Of a stretch of DNA of 64,000 nt, positions 18,031 through 26,644 are shown in pieces (positions within the stretch are counted from its first letter, which is position 1; each line of letters starts with the position of its first letter). Location: positions 197,812-261,811 of the forward strand of contig JANWLD010000001.1 of the NCBI GenBank assembly GCA_025451045.1. Direction: 5' to 3'. A model generated the notes under the pieces. The model did no database searches. It was not told the DNA's origin and saw only the letters and a list, made by a program, of their open reading frames with translations. The stretch is from Candidatus Saccharimonadales bacterium (GTDB taxonomy: Bacteria; Patescibacteriota; Saccharimonadia; Saccharimonadales; 2-12-FULL-41-12). Position numbers and translations under genes: made by a program.

Positions 18031-19947
18031 ATGGGTAAAATAATTGGAATTGATTTAGGTACAACTAACAGCGCGATGGCTGTGATGCAGGGCGGTAAAC
18101 CTGATATTATCGCAAATTCTGAAGGAAATCGCACTACGCCAAGCGTCGTTGCTATCAACAAGAACGGCGAACGGCTGGTCGGACAAGTAGCTAACAGACA
18201 GCGGGTTACCAACGCTACCAATACTATTTTTGGCGTTAAACGGCTTATCGGCCGTAAATTTTCCGATAAAGAAGTCCAAAAAGACATCGAGCTGATGCCA
18301 TATAAAATTGTCAAAAGTGGTACAGGTGTCAAAGTCACTATGGGCGACAAAGACCAAAGCCCGGAAGAAGTTTCCGCGATGATATTGTCCAAGCTAAAAG
18401 CCGATGCCGAAGCCTTTCTTGGCGAACCGGTAACCGAGGCGGTAATAACTGTTCCGGCTTATTTTGATGATTCCCAGCGGCAAGCTACCAAAGACGCCGG
18501 AAAAATTGCAGGGCTTGAAGTAAAAAGAATTATCAACGAGCCAACCGCGGCTGCGCTGGCTTACGGGCTGGACAAGGGCAAAGAAGAAAAGATCGCAGTA
18601 TTTGACCTCGGTGGCGGTACGTTCGATGTTTCTATCCTGCAGCTTGGCGAAGGAGTATTTGAAGTACTTTCCACTAACGGTGATACGCACTTGGGGGGTG
18701 AGGACTTCGACCTCCGAATTGTTAACCACTTTGTCGATGAATTTAAAAAAGAATCCGGAATTGACGTTAAAGAAGACAAGGCTGCCATGCAGCGGCTTAA
18801 GGAAGAGGCTGAAAAGGCCAAGAAAGAGCTTTCTACTACTGAAGTGGCTGATATAAACCTGCCATTCCTAACGGCCAATGCAAACGGGCCAAAACACTTT
18901 GAATACAAGCTAACGCGTGCAAAACTGATGGATTTGGTCGGCGAGCTGATTGATAAGACAGCCGCTCCTTGTGAGAAGGCTATAAAGGACGCCAAGTTAA
19001 AAGCGTCTGACATTAATGAAGTTATCTTAGTTGGCGGTATGACTAGAATGCCAGCTGTTATAGATAAGGTTAAGAGTATTTTCGGTAAAGAGCCGAAGCA
19101 AGGCGTGAACCCGGACGAAGTTGTTGCTGTAGGCGCGGCTATTCAGGGCGGCGTGTTGCAGGGTGATGTAAAAGACGTACTGCTTTTGGACGTTACGCCA
19201 TTATCTCTGGGCATTGAAACGCTCGGCGGTGTTGCCACTAAGCTGATTGAACGAAACACTACCATCCCTACCAGCAAAAACGAAGTATTTTCGACCGCTG
19301 CCGACAACCAGCCGCAGGTTGAGATCCATGTCGTACAGGGCGAGCGCGAAATGGTTGCCGATAACAAATCCCTCGGACGATTCGTATTAGATGGAATTCC
19401 GCCATCACCGCGCGGTGTGCCGCAGATTGAAGTTACTTTTAACCTTGACGCTAATGGAATCTTGAATGTTACTGCCAAGGACAAAGGCTCCGGCAAAGAA
19501 CAAAGCATTACTATCTCCGGCAGCGGCAATCTGAACAAAGACGAAGTTGAAAAGGCTGCTAAAGAAGCAGAAGCCCATGCTGATGAAGATAAGAAGAAGC
19601 GGGAATCGGTAGAACTACGAAACCAGTTGGAGAACGCGGTTTATCAAGCCGAGAAACTGAAAACCGAGCAAAAGGACAAACTCGCTGATGAAGATATGAA
19701 AACTATTAATGAAGCAGTTGATGCGGCCAAAAAAGTACTGAAGGACGAAAAAGCTGACTTTACCGCGCTGGAAAACGCGGCCAAAGAACTTAACGAGAAA
19801 ATCATGCCTATCGGCGCGAAAATGTACGAAGATGCTAGTAAAGAGAGCGAAGCCTCAACGGAAACCGATAAAAAATCAGAAGACAAAAAAGACAAGGACG
19901 AGCCGGTAGAAGGCGAAGTCGTCGACGACAAGGATAAAGGAAAATAG
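18031..19947 (+). CDS. dnaK: molecular chaperone DnaK (Hsp70)
   Basis: [17 protein letters not shown] and [11 protein letters not shown] signatures; 638 aa. Confidence 0.98.
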   Translation: MGKIIGIDLGTTNSAMAVMQGGKPDIIANSEGNRTTPSVVAINKNGERLVGQVANRQRVTNATNTIFGVKRLIGRKFSDKEVQKDIELMPYKIVKSGTGVKVTMGDKDQSPEEVSAMILSKLKADAEAFLGEPVTEAVITVPAYFDDSQRQATKDAGKIAGLEVKRIINEPTAAALAYGLDKGKEEKIAVFDLGGGTFDVSILQLGEGVFEVLSTNGDTHLGGEDFDLRIVNHFVDEFKKESGIDVKEDKAAMQRLKEEAEKAKKELSTTEVADINLPFLTANANGPKHFEYKLTRAKLMDLVGELIDKTAAPCEKAIKDAKLKASDINEVILVGGMTRMPAVIDKVKSIFGKEPKQGVNPDEVVAVGAAIQGGVLQGDVKDVLLLDVTPLSLGIETLGGVATKLIERNTTIPTSKNEVFSTAADNQPQVEIHVVQGEREMVADNKSLGRFVLDGIPPSPRGVPQIEVTFNLDANGILNVTAKDKGSGKEQSITISGSGNLNKDEVEKAAKEAEAHADEDKKKRESVELRNQLENAVYQAEKLKTEQKDKLADEDMKTINEAVDAAKKVLKDEKADFTALENAAKELNEKIMPIGAKMYEDASKESEASTETDKKSEDKKDKDEPVEGEVVDDKDKGK

Positions 19948-19949
19948 AT

Positions 19950-20174
19950 ATGATTGAAGCCAAGCACGGCAGTGATACTCCCTTGAGCGAAACAGCAGCA
20001 TGGCAGATAGCAAACGACCCATACGTCAGACATATCGTGCAGCTAACCATCGGTGGCAAGTTCTCGGAACCAGCCGCTGTCGCATCCCTTCAGGAAGAAT
20101 TGTTTGAGCGTATGGGAGAGCTGGTTACGGGCGAAGAAATGTATGACGCCCATTGGGCCCCGTCCAGAGATTAG
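19950..20174 (+). CDS. hypothetical acidic protein, 74 aa, immediately after dnaK
   Basis: ATG 2 nt after the dnaK stop (TAGATATG), consistent with translational coupling. No recognisable domain. Confidence 0.5.
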   Translation: MIEAKHGSDTPLSETAAWQIANDPYVRHIVQLTIGGKFSEPAAVASLQEELFERMGELVTGEEMYDAHWAPSRD

Positions 20175-20266
20175 GCAACTGATAGAATATGAGGTAGTGG
20201 CGAAGTCGTTGACGACACTAAATAACAAGCCATAACTTTTAAGCTAAACAGTGCTAGGATAGATTG

Positions 20267-20881
20267 ATGAAAGTGATTAAAAAAATATTTGAAAGCAAAA
20301 TCCATCAGACTTACCCTTGGATATTGATAGTCGGTGGACTCTGGTCTTTGTTCGCGGCATTCGCTCTAACTATTGAGAAAATCGCATTACTGCAGAATCC
20401 TAATCATCACCTAAGCTGCAGCCTGGACCCGATCCTATCCTGCGGACCGGTGATGATGTCAGATCAAGCAACTGCCTTTTGGAGCATTCCCAACCCGTCA
20501 ATTGGTTTAGTAGCTTTCGGCATGTTTGTAATGACCGGGCTTGTTATGTTGGCCGGCGCCAAGATGAAACGCTGGTTTTGGAACATGTATGCCGTCGGCG
20601 TTAGCGCCGGTATAGCATTCACCCTATGGCTGATGTACGAAACAGTTTACCGTATAAACGCGCTATGTATTTACTGCATGATGGTTTGGATAGCAATGTT
20701 TACGATCGATTGGTATTTATTCCAATACCTACTGGCGGAAAAGCACATAAAACTTAATAAAAAATTTACTAAATTTGTCCGCAAACATCATTTCGATATT
20801 TTGCTGGCTTGGTTCTTAATAGTCGTGGCAGTCATACTTAATCATTTCTGGTATTACTACGGTCCGAAGCTAGGTTTTTAG
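20267..20881 (+). CDS. vitamin K epoxide reductase (VKOR) family thiol oxidoreductase
   Basis: Polytopic membrane protein with loop cysteine pair CSLDPILSC and a membrane-embedded CIYC (CXXC) motif. ATG at 20267 (track TTG at 20264). Confidence 0.8.
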   Translation: MKVIKKIFESKIHQTYPWILIVGGLWSLFAAFALTIEKIALLQNPNHHLSCSLDPILSCGPVMMSDQATAFWSIPNPSIGLVAFGMFVMTGLVMLAGAKMKRWFWNMYAVGVSAGIAFTLWLMYETVYRINALCIYCMMVWIAMFTIDWYLFQYLLAEKHIKLNKKFTKFVRKHHFDILLAWFLIVVAVILNHFWYYYGPKLGF

Positions 20882-20884
20882 TCA

Positions 20885-21997
20885 ATGGCCAAGCGGGATT
20901 ATTATGAAGTTTTGGGATTGTCAAAAGGTGCCAGCGACGATGAGATAAAAAAGGCTTTCCGCCGCAAAGCGGTTGAGTACCACCCTGACAAACAAGGCGG
21001 CGATGAAGCGAAGTTTAAAGAGATAAACGAAGCTTACGAAGTACTGAAAGATTCCCAGAAAAGACAGCGTTATGACCAATTCGGCCATGCCGGAGTCGGT
21101 TCGTCTGCTGCCAGTGATGGCGGTAATCCGTTTGCCGGTTTTGGAGGATTTGGCGGTCAAGGCCAAAACGTTAATTTTGATTTTGGTGATTTAGGACTAG
21201 GGGATATATTAGGCAGCTTCTTTGGCGGCGGACGCACGTCAGGCGGTCGGCGACAGGCGCGGGGCAATGACGTTGAAACGGCTATTGAACTAACGTTTGA
21301 AGAAGCAGTCTTCGGCACGGAAACAGCATTAAATTTGAAATTAGACGACACCTGCAACCACTGCAAAGGTACGACTGTCGAGCCGGGACATGAGCTTAAA
21401 ACTTGCGACATTTGCAAAGGTTCCGGCCAAATCATAAAATCCATGCAAACGATTTTCGGCAATATCCAGCAACAGGCAATCTGTGATAAATGCAAAGGTT
21501 CCGGTAAAATTCCAGAAAAGGTCTGTAGTGTTTGCCGTGGCAAGGGCACGGAGCGGAAAAACCAGCAGGTAAAATTAAAAATCCCTGCCGGAATTGATGA
21601 TGGCGCAACCATCCGCTTGCGAGAACATGGCGAAGCGGTAGCAAACGGGCCGAAGGGGGATTTATACGTTCATATCAGGGTAAAACCGCATAAGAAATTC
21701 ACCAGAGAAGGCGAGCTAATCTTGAGCGAGGAACACGTGGATATGGTAGATGCGACCCTTGGGACGGAAATAGCAGTAGAAACGGTGGACGGACCGGTCA
21801 AAATGAAAGTTCCAACTGGCACACAGAGCGGGACCGATTTCAAGCTATCGGGCCACGGTGTGCCAAAGATCCGTAGTAACCAGCGGGGCGCTCATATAGT
21901 ACGGATTATCGTAGATACGCCGAAAAAGATTTCTAAAGAACAGGCGGAACTGCTCAAAAAATTCAAAGATGGTAAAAAATCCAGGTTTGGATTTTAA
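20885..21997 (+). CDS. dnaJ: co-chaperone DnaJ
   Basis: J domain with HPD (YHPDKQ), G/F-rich linker, and four CxxCxG zinc-finger repeats; 370 aa. Confidence 0.97.
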   Translation: MAKRDYYEVLGLSKGASDDEIKKAFRRKAVEYHPDKQGGDEAKFKEINEAYEVLKDSQKRQRYDQFGHAGVGSSAASDGGNPFAGFGGFGGQGQNVNFDFGDLGLGDILGSFFGGGRTSGGRRQARGNDVETAIELTFEEAVFGTETALNLKLDDTCNHCKGTTVEPGHELKTCDICKGSGQIIKSMQTIFGNIQQQAICDKCKGSGKIPEKVCSVCRGKGTERKNQQVKLKIPAGIDDGATIRLREHGEAVANGPKGDLYVHIRVKPHKKFTREGELILSEEHVDMVDATLGTEIAVETVDGPVKMKVPTGTQSGTDFKLSGHGVPKIRSNQRGAHIVRIIVDTPKKISKEQAELLKKFKDGKKSRFGF

Positions 21998-22019
21998 CTT
22001 TGTGTTATAGAATAATCTT

Positions 22020-22145
22020 ATGCTTAAAAGACTCAAAAATGACCAGCGGGGGTTGATTCCTATGCTAATTTTACTGATCGCCTTAATAGTTATTGCCATA
22101 GGCTATTCATATTTGCGCGTAAGGGCAAAACAACAGGGGTTATAA
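22020..22145 (+). CDS. possible 41-aa single-TM micro-protein
   Basis: ATG ORF MLKRLKNDQRGLIPMLILLIALIVIAIGYSYLRVRAKQQGL. No clear SD; below the ORF-track cutoff. Confidence 0.25.
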   Translation: MLKRLKNDQRGLIPMLILLIALIVIAIGYSYLRVRAKQQGL

Positions 22146-22146
22146 A

Positions 22147-22176
22147 TTGACCAAATAGCAATAAAAGTGCTATAAT
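22147..22176 (+). promoter_or_regulatory. sigma70-type promoter of the retropepsin-rimK-DUF192 operon
   Basis: TTGACC (22147-22152), 18-nt spacer, TATAAT (22171-22176). Confidence 0.55.
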
Positions 22177-22211
22177 ATGTCAATGAAAGACCAAATTACC
22201 GGATAACTCGC

Positions 22212-22673
22212 ATGAAGCCGAATATACACATTATTGGAGGCGAAGAGAAGGTATCTTTTCCTACGTTAGATATCAACGAGGTAATTGCTAAGGTAGATAC
22301 CGGCGCCGATACCTCTTCTATCTGGTGCAGCCAGGTAAAACGCCTGGAAAACGGCTTAGAATGTATATTCTTCGGTTCGGACAGCCAACACTTTACCGGT
22401 AAGACAATTTTTTTTAAAAATGGTGATTTCAAAGTAAGCCGAGTGCATAATTCATTCGGCCATAACCAAAGAAGGTACAAGGTAAAAATCCCGGTAATCA
22501 TCAGCGGACGCCGCATTTTAGCCAGCTTTACCCTGTCTGACCGGTCCAAGAAAACCTACTCCGTATTGATAGGCAGGCGGTTGTTAGCAAAGAAGTTTTT
22601 AGTCGATGTTACGTTAGCCGGAGCCAAGATAAGTAAAAAACTACAGAAAAAAGAAAGGGTGCTTGAGCAGTGA
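22212..22673 (+). CDS. retropepsin-like aspartic protease (RimK-associated, RimB-like, 'ATP-dependent zinc protease' family)
   Basis: DTGA active-site motif (KVDTGADTSSI); 153 aa; overlaps rimK by GTGA. Confidence 0.75.
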   Translation: MKPNIHIIGGEEKVSFPTLDINEVIAKVDTGADTSSIWCSQVKRLENGLECIFFGSDSQHFTGKTIFFKNGDFKVSRVHNSFGHNQRRYKVKIPVIISGRRILASFTLSDRSKKTYSVLIGRRLLAKKFLVDVTLAGAKISKKLQKKERVLEQ

Positions 22674-23572
22674 ACATTCTTATACTATCCAGAGGTTCTT
22701 CCAACTACAGTACCCAGCGGCTCAAAGAAGAAGCCAAAACACGAGGCCACGATGTGCGGGTGGTCAATTACGCGCTTTGCTATATGGCAGTAGAAAAGGG
22801 CAATCCAGTAGTTTATTACCGCGGCAAGCCTTTGACAGACATTGACGCTGTGATACCGCGTATTGCCATGCGCTACACTAAATACGGAACTTCGGTGGTA
22901 AGACAGTTTGAAATGCAAGGAGTGTATACGACCGACAGTTCAATCGCTATCAATCGGGTGCGTGACAAACTAAGAGCATATCAATTACTGGCCAAAACCG
23001 ATATAGGCATACCAAAGACGGTGTTCGCCCGCGAAACTTCTGATTTTGCCGATGTTATCGAACATGCCGGCGGTCCGCCGCTGATTATCAAGGTTGCCCG
23101 CGGCACACATGGCAACGGCGTAGTGCTGGCTGAAACCAAAAAAGCGGCCCAAGCCGTAATGCAGGCGTTTTATGTAGAAGATGTAAGCTTTTTGGTACAA
23201 GAATTCATCGCTGAATCCGCTGGAACGGACATAAGGGTAATAGTTATAGGCGGTAAGGTGATTGCTGCTATGGAAAGACAAAGCTTGGACAATGATTTTC
23301 GTTCCAACTTACATCAGGGCGGAGAAGGCAAAAAGGTAAGGTTAACTGAGGAAGAGCGTAAAACTGCCCAAAAAGCCGCCAAGGCCATGGGGTTGTCAGT
23401 CTGTGGTGTAGACATGATAAGGTCTGACCATGGGCCGCTGGTGTTGGAAGTAAATGCCAGCCCGGGCTTTAGCATCGAGAAAGTAACCGGCGTAAATGTT
23501 GCCGCCAAATTGATAAGATATGTCGAACAAAGCGCCAAGCGCAAAAAAATTAAAGACCGCGTCGGCGCGTAA
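22670..23572 (+). CDS. rimK: ATP-grasp ribosomal protein S6--L-glutamate ligase RimK
   Basis: 300-aa ATP-grasp protein collinear with RimK (ILILS...STQRL..EA..RGH, GTHGNGV, VQEFI, DIRVIVIGGKV, GVDMIRS..GPLVLEVNASPG). Confidence 0.88.
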   Translation: MNILILSRGSSNYSTQRLKEEAKTRGHDVRVVNYALCYMAVEKGNPVVYYRGKPLTDIDAVIPRIAMRYTKYGTSVVRQFEMQGVYTTDSSIAINRVRDKLRAYQLLAKTDIGIPKTVFARETSDFADVIEHAGGPPLIIKVARGTHGNGVVLAETKKAAQAVMQAFYVEDVSFLVQEFIAESAGTDIRVIVIGGKVIAAMERQSLDNDFRSNLHQGGEGKKVRLTEEERKTAQKAAKAMGLSVCGVDMIRSDHGPLVLEVNASPGFSIEKVTGVNVAAKLIRYVEQSAKRKKIKDRVGA

Positions 23573-24005
23573 CAATAAACCCACTACCGCCGCATTGTTA
23601 GCCATAAGTCTATTTGCTTTGCTTTCACTGGCTTTGATGCCAGCAAAACAAGCACAAAATCAACGGATTTGCTTTGGTTCTTCATGTATCATTGCACAAA
23701 GCGCCAGCACGGCAGAACAAAGGCAAAAAGGACTGTCCGGGCGGCTGTATATGCCAGCCAACGCAGGCATGCTTTTTGTATTTGGCCAAACGGACAGGCA
23801 ATGCATGTGGATGAAGGACATGAAGTTCAATCTGGACATACTGTGGCTGGACCAAAAAAGCAGGGTTATAAATATCGTCAGGAATATTAGCCCGGATACT
23901 TTTCCTAAGAGTTTCTGTTCGGATAATACTAAATATGTTTTGGAATTAAATCCGGGCAAAGCCGACCAGTTTAATCTGCATATCGGTGATTTTGTTCGTT
24001 TGTAG
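23520..24005 (+). CDS. DUF192 (COG1430) domain protein with N-terminal signal/anchor
   Basis: GLSGR...MPANAGMLFVF...MWMKDMKFNLDILWLD...YVLELNPG pattern. The ATG start overlaps rimK by 53 nt. Confidence 0.75.
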   Translation: MSNKAPSAKKLKTASARNNKPTTAALLAISLFALLSLALMPAKQAQNQRICFGSSCIIAQSASTAEQRQKGLSGRLYMPANAGMLFVFGQTDRQCMWMKDMKFNLDILWLDQKSRVINIVRNISPDTFPKSFCSDNTKYVLELNPGKADQFNLHIGDFVRL

Positions 24006-24020
24006 TATATTATTCATTAA

Positions 24021-24494
24021 ATGAACGAATTGCTAACGCTTGCTATATTGCCCGGTATTATTTGGGCGGCCTTGGTATTCTTGCGAGTACCGGGCGTTAC
24101 CCTTATCTTGAGTATTTTGGTTGGTAAGTTGTTTGCGGAGGAGTTATCACAAAATACCTATGATTTGGCCACCAAGACCGTTTCGATAAGCGACACGCAG
24201 CAAATACAATTATTCTTACTGTTTTTGCCGGTGGTTCTGACAATCATTCTAACCCAATCTAAAACTCCCAAATCCAAAGTACTGAGCAACGCGATACCGC
24301 TACTATTCGCAGCCGTGACTTTGATATTATTCGCACTACCTTACAGCGGTTTTTCGGATAAAATCAGCGCTAGCGGACAAGATATAGTCAATTCTTATCA
24401 AAGCTACATAGTCTGTGCAACCGGCGGGATCGGACTTTTGTTCGCTTGGTCCCCTGATTTGTTTAAATCAAAGCACAAGGGCAAACACAAATAG
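24021..24494 (+). CDS. integral membrane protein, hypothetical
   Basis: 157 aa with about 5 hydrophobic helices. Confidence 0.6.
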   Translation: MNELLTLAILPGIIWAALVFLRVPGVTLILSILVGKLFAEELSQNTYDLATKTVSISDTQQIQLFLLFLPVVLTIILTQSKTPKSKVLSNAIPLLFAAVTLILFALPYSGFSDKISASGQDIVNSYQSYIVCATGGIGLLFAWSPDLFKSKHKGKHK

Positions 24495-24496
24495 TC

Positions 24497-24988
24497 TTAA
24501 ACCGCGATATTTTCACTACTGTCGTCGGTGCTGCCGGCGGGAGTACTGTCGTCGGGCGTTTCTGGAGCCGCTGGAGCCGCTTCAGGTGATTCAGTCGGAG
24601 TTTCTTCAGCAGGCGGGATTGCCGGAGTTGAGTCAGGAGCTGGCTGGTCACTGTTGCCATCGGTTGGGGGCGGGGAAGCTATGCCAGGTGAACTAACGCC
24701 GCCTAGACTATCTGACCCGGAATCGACAGATGGAGCCTCTGGAACGGCAGAAGATGTATCATCTTGGCCGAAACTCGATATGCCGCCAGAATTATCCGGT
24801 AGCGGCGCTTGGGCTATTTGGTCGGAAACAGGACTTACTGACTGATCAGGCTGGCTTAAGCCGACTGCGGCGCCTACCGTACCTGAAGGCGGCACTGTAG
24901 CTCCGGCAGGAGAACTAGTTCCAGGTGCATCTTCATCCGGGTTATCTTTTTTCTTTTTAAAAATACTAAAGATTTTGCTCAGAAACAT
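24497..24988 (-). CDS. acidic Pro/Ser/Asp-rich intrinsically disordered protein with N-terminal amphipathic helix
   Basis: MFLSKIFSIFKKKK followed by about 145 aa of P/S/D/A/G low complexity. AAGGA SD 6 nt upstream of the ATG. Confidence 0.6.
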   Translation of the reverse strand: MFLSKIFSIFKKKKDNPDEDAPGTSSPAGATVPPSGTVGAAVGLSQPDQSVSPVSDQIAQAPLPDNSGGISSFGQDDTSSAVPEAPSVDSGSDSLGGVSSPGIASPPPTDGNSDQPAPDSTPAIPPAEETPTESPEAAPAAPETPDDSTPAGSTDDSSENIAV

Positions 24989-25069
24989 ATTTTTCCTTAT
25001 TTTGAATTATATATACGATTTAGATTACTGCTTTTGCTTATATCTTGCAATGGTTTAAAGCCAGAGCGA

Positions 25070-25097
25070 TTGACTTTTAATTGAAAATACAGATAAT
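25070..25097 (+). promoter_or_regulatory. sigma70-type promoter driving the leader RNA plus tRNA-Lys
   Basis: TTGACT (25070-25075), 16-nt spacer, GATAAT (25092-25097). Confidence 0.55.
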
Positions 25098-25121
25098 GTA
25101 AGAAGTTAATTCGACTTCCAA

Positions 25122-25281
25122 ACACTTGCGCTTGAATGAAATGCAAGGCGTTGCCGAGGAACGCCCGGAGGTGTAGTACACTACACCGAGGACGTACCGC
25201 AGGCAAGCAACATAGCAGTTCGTCAAGAGTGTCAGCAGGGTTCAAGCTCTGCTTGAAGCAGTGATGACACGGCGCAAGAGT
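25122..25281 (+). ncRNA. candidate structured RNA (~160 nt), class unknown, co-transcribed 5' of tRNA-Lys(UUU)
   Basis: No ORF. A long-range closing helix pairs 25122-25131 with 25272-25281 (9 of 10 bp). Internal hairpins are GGTGTAG-taca-CTACACC (25170-25187) and TTCAAGC-tct-GCTTGAA (25241-25257), the latter nested inside GTGTCA/TGACAC (25229-25234 with 25265-25270). Confidence 0.3.
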
Positions 25282-25285
25282 TTGG

Positions 25286-25362
25286 GGGCCGTTAGCTCAG
25301 CTGGTTAGAGCACCTGCCTTTTAAGCAGGGTGTCCCGGGTTCGAGTCCCGGACGGCCCTCCA
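25286..25362 (+). tRNA. tRNA-Lys (TTT)
   Basis: Acceptor GGGCCGT/ACGGCCC, anticodon arm CCTGC-CTTTTAA-GCAGG, T arm CCGGG-TTCGAGT-CCCGG, encoded CCA; 77 nt. Confidence 0.95.
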
Positions 25363-25370
25363 AAATCATG

Positions 25371-25393
25371 ACCGCCTTCAAGGCGGTTTTGTT
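25371..25393 (+). terminator. intrinsic terminator after tRNA-Lys
   Basis: ACCGCCT-tca-AGGCGGT followed by TTTTGTT. Confidence 0.7.
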
Positions 25394-25423
25394 ATAATTC
25401 AAGAAGTTAGAGGAAATTATTAT

Positions 25424-26155
25424 ATGGCAGGACATAGCAAATGGGCAAAAATTCATCGAGGTAAAGCGATAGAAGATGCCAAACGGGGTGCTATCTTTAC
25501 TAAACTTGGCAATGCTATTGCTATCGCGGCGAAAAGCGGCGATGACCCGAATTTGAACTTTGGGCTTAGACTGGCAATTGATAAGGCCAAACAATCCAAT
25601 ATGCCGGCCAACAATATCCAGCGTGCTATAGATCGTGGCAGCGGTAAGCTGGGCGGTGAACAGATTCAAGAAGTGATGTACGAAGGTTATGGTCCCGGTG
25701 GTTCAGCTATTTTGGTCGAATGCGCTACGGACAATATAAACCGGACTTATCCGGCAGTACGCCTGGCTTTTACCAAGCATGGCGGCAATATGGCCGAGAA
25801 AGGCGCGGTTGCTTTCCAATTTACCCGTAAAGGCGTAATTATAATCAAAGGTACCGGAGAAGAGCAGCTACTTACCATTTTAGATGCTGGCGCCGAGGAT
25901 GCGATTGAAGACGACGGAGAAACAACTGTCTACACCGACCCTAAGCAACTATTTCAGGTGCGTGAGAATCTTAAGTCGGCCGGCTTGGAAATAACCGAAG
26001 CCGAACTATCCTATGAGTCTAACAGTTTGATAAAGATTGAGGACAAGGCCGTAGCCGGTAAAATAATGCGTCTCATGGAAGCACTTGACGAAATTGACGA
26101 AGTTACTAAAACACACACAAACTTCGATATTCCCGAGGAACTAATCGAACAATGA
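25424..26155 (+). CDS. yebC: YebC/PmpR family DNA-binding transcriptional regulator
   Basis: MAGHSKWAKIHRGKA N-terminus and conserved synteny with ruvCAB. Confidence 0.93.
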   Translation: MAGHSKWAKIHRGKAIEDAKRGAIFTKLGNAIAIAAKSGDDPNLNFGLRLAIDKAKQSNMPANNIQRAIDRGSGKLGGEQIQEVMYEGYGPGGSAILVECATDNINRTYPAVRLAFTKHGGNMAEKGAVAFQFTRKGVIIIKGTGEEQLLTILDAGAEDAIEDDGETTVYTDPKQLFQVRENLKSAGLEITEAELSYESNSLIKIEDKAVAGKIMRLMEALDEIDEVTKTHTNFDIPEELIEQ

Positions 26156-26628
26156 AAGTTTTGGGGATTGATCCGGGCACAGGGATAGTTGGCTTTGGGG
26201 TAGTAGAATTAGTTTCCGGTAAGCTTAAGATGCTTGACGCTGGGGTCATCAGAACTCCTGTCAAAGAAGTTGACTCGGTTCGACTGAAAACAATTTATGA
26301 TGAAATTATGAGCATAATCAAACAGAACAATCCGGACGTGCTGGCTGTTGAGAAACTGTTTTTTTCAAAAAACGTCACAACAGCTATGAGCGTCTCGCAG
26401 GCACGGGGGGTGATACTGCTCTGCGGCGAGCAAAATAAACTGCCGGTTTTTGAATACACGCCGCTCCAGATAAAACAGGGCATCACTGGTTATGGAAAGG
26501 CAGAAAAAAGCCAAGTGCAGGAGATGGTGCGGATAATATTAAATTTGAAAGAAGTCCCTAGGCCGGATGATTGTGCCGACGCTTTAGCTGTCGCTATTTG
26601 CCACTCGATGACCCAGAGATTTGCCTAG
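26152..26628 (+). CDS. ruvC: crossover junction endodeoxyribonuclease RuvC
   Basis: VLGIDPGT..GFGVV start and C-terminal DDCADALAVAICH; ATGA overlap with yebC. Confidence 0.93.
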   Translation: MKVLGIDPGTGIVGFGVVELVSGKLKMLDAGVIRTPVKEVDSVRLKTIYDEIMSIIKQNNPDVLAVEKLFFSKNVTTAMSVSQARGVILLCGEQNKLPVFEYTPLQIKQGITGYGKAEKSQVQEMVRIILNLKEVPRPDDCADALAVAICHSMTQRFA

Positions 26629-26644
26629 GTTATAATATTATTTA

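Noticed and set aside
18561-19538. Several 130-150-aa minus-strand ORFs inside dnaK
   Set aside because: They are shadow ORFs opposite a highly conserved, codon-biased gene.
24528-24845. 105-aa plus-strand ORF and neighbouring plus-strand ORFs in the P/S-rich region
   Set aside because: GC-rich repetitive codons keep several frames open. Only the minus-strand 163-aa frame spans the region with an ATG and SD.
25141-25210. Possibility that the structured leader is SRP (4.5S) RNA
   Set aside because: The apical hairpin has a UACA loop rather than a GNRA tetraloop. I could not find the conserved helix-8 loop motifs I recall (GGAA...AGCAGC pattern). The element is left as an unclassified candidate pending a cmscan.
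25292-25669. 125-aa minus-strand ORF
   Set aside because: It overlaps tRNA-Lys(TTT) and is antisense to the conserved 5' end of yebC.
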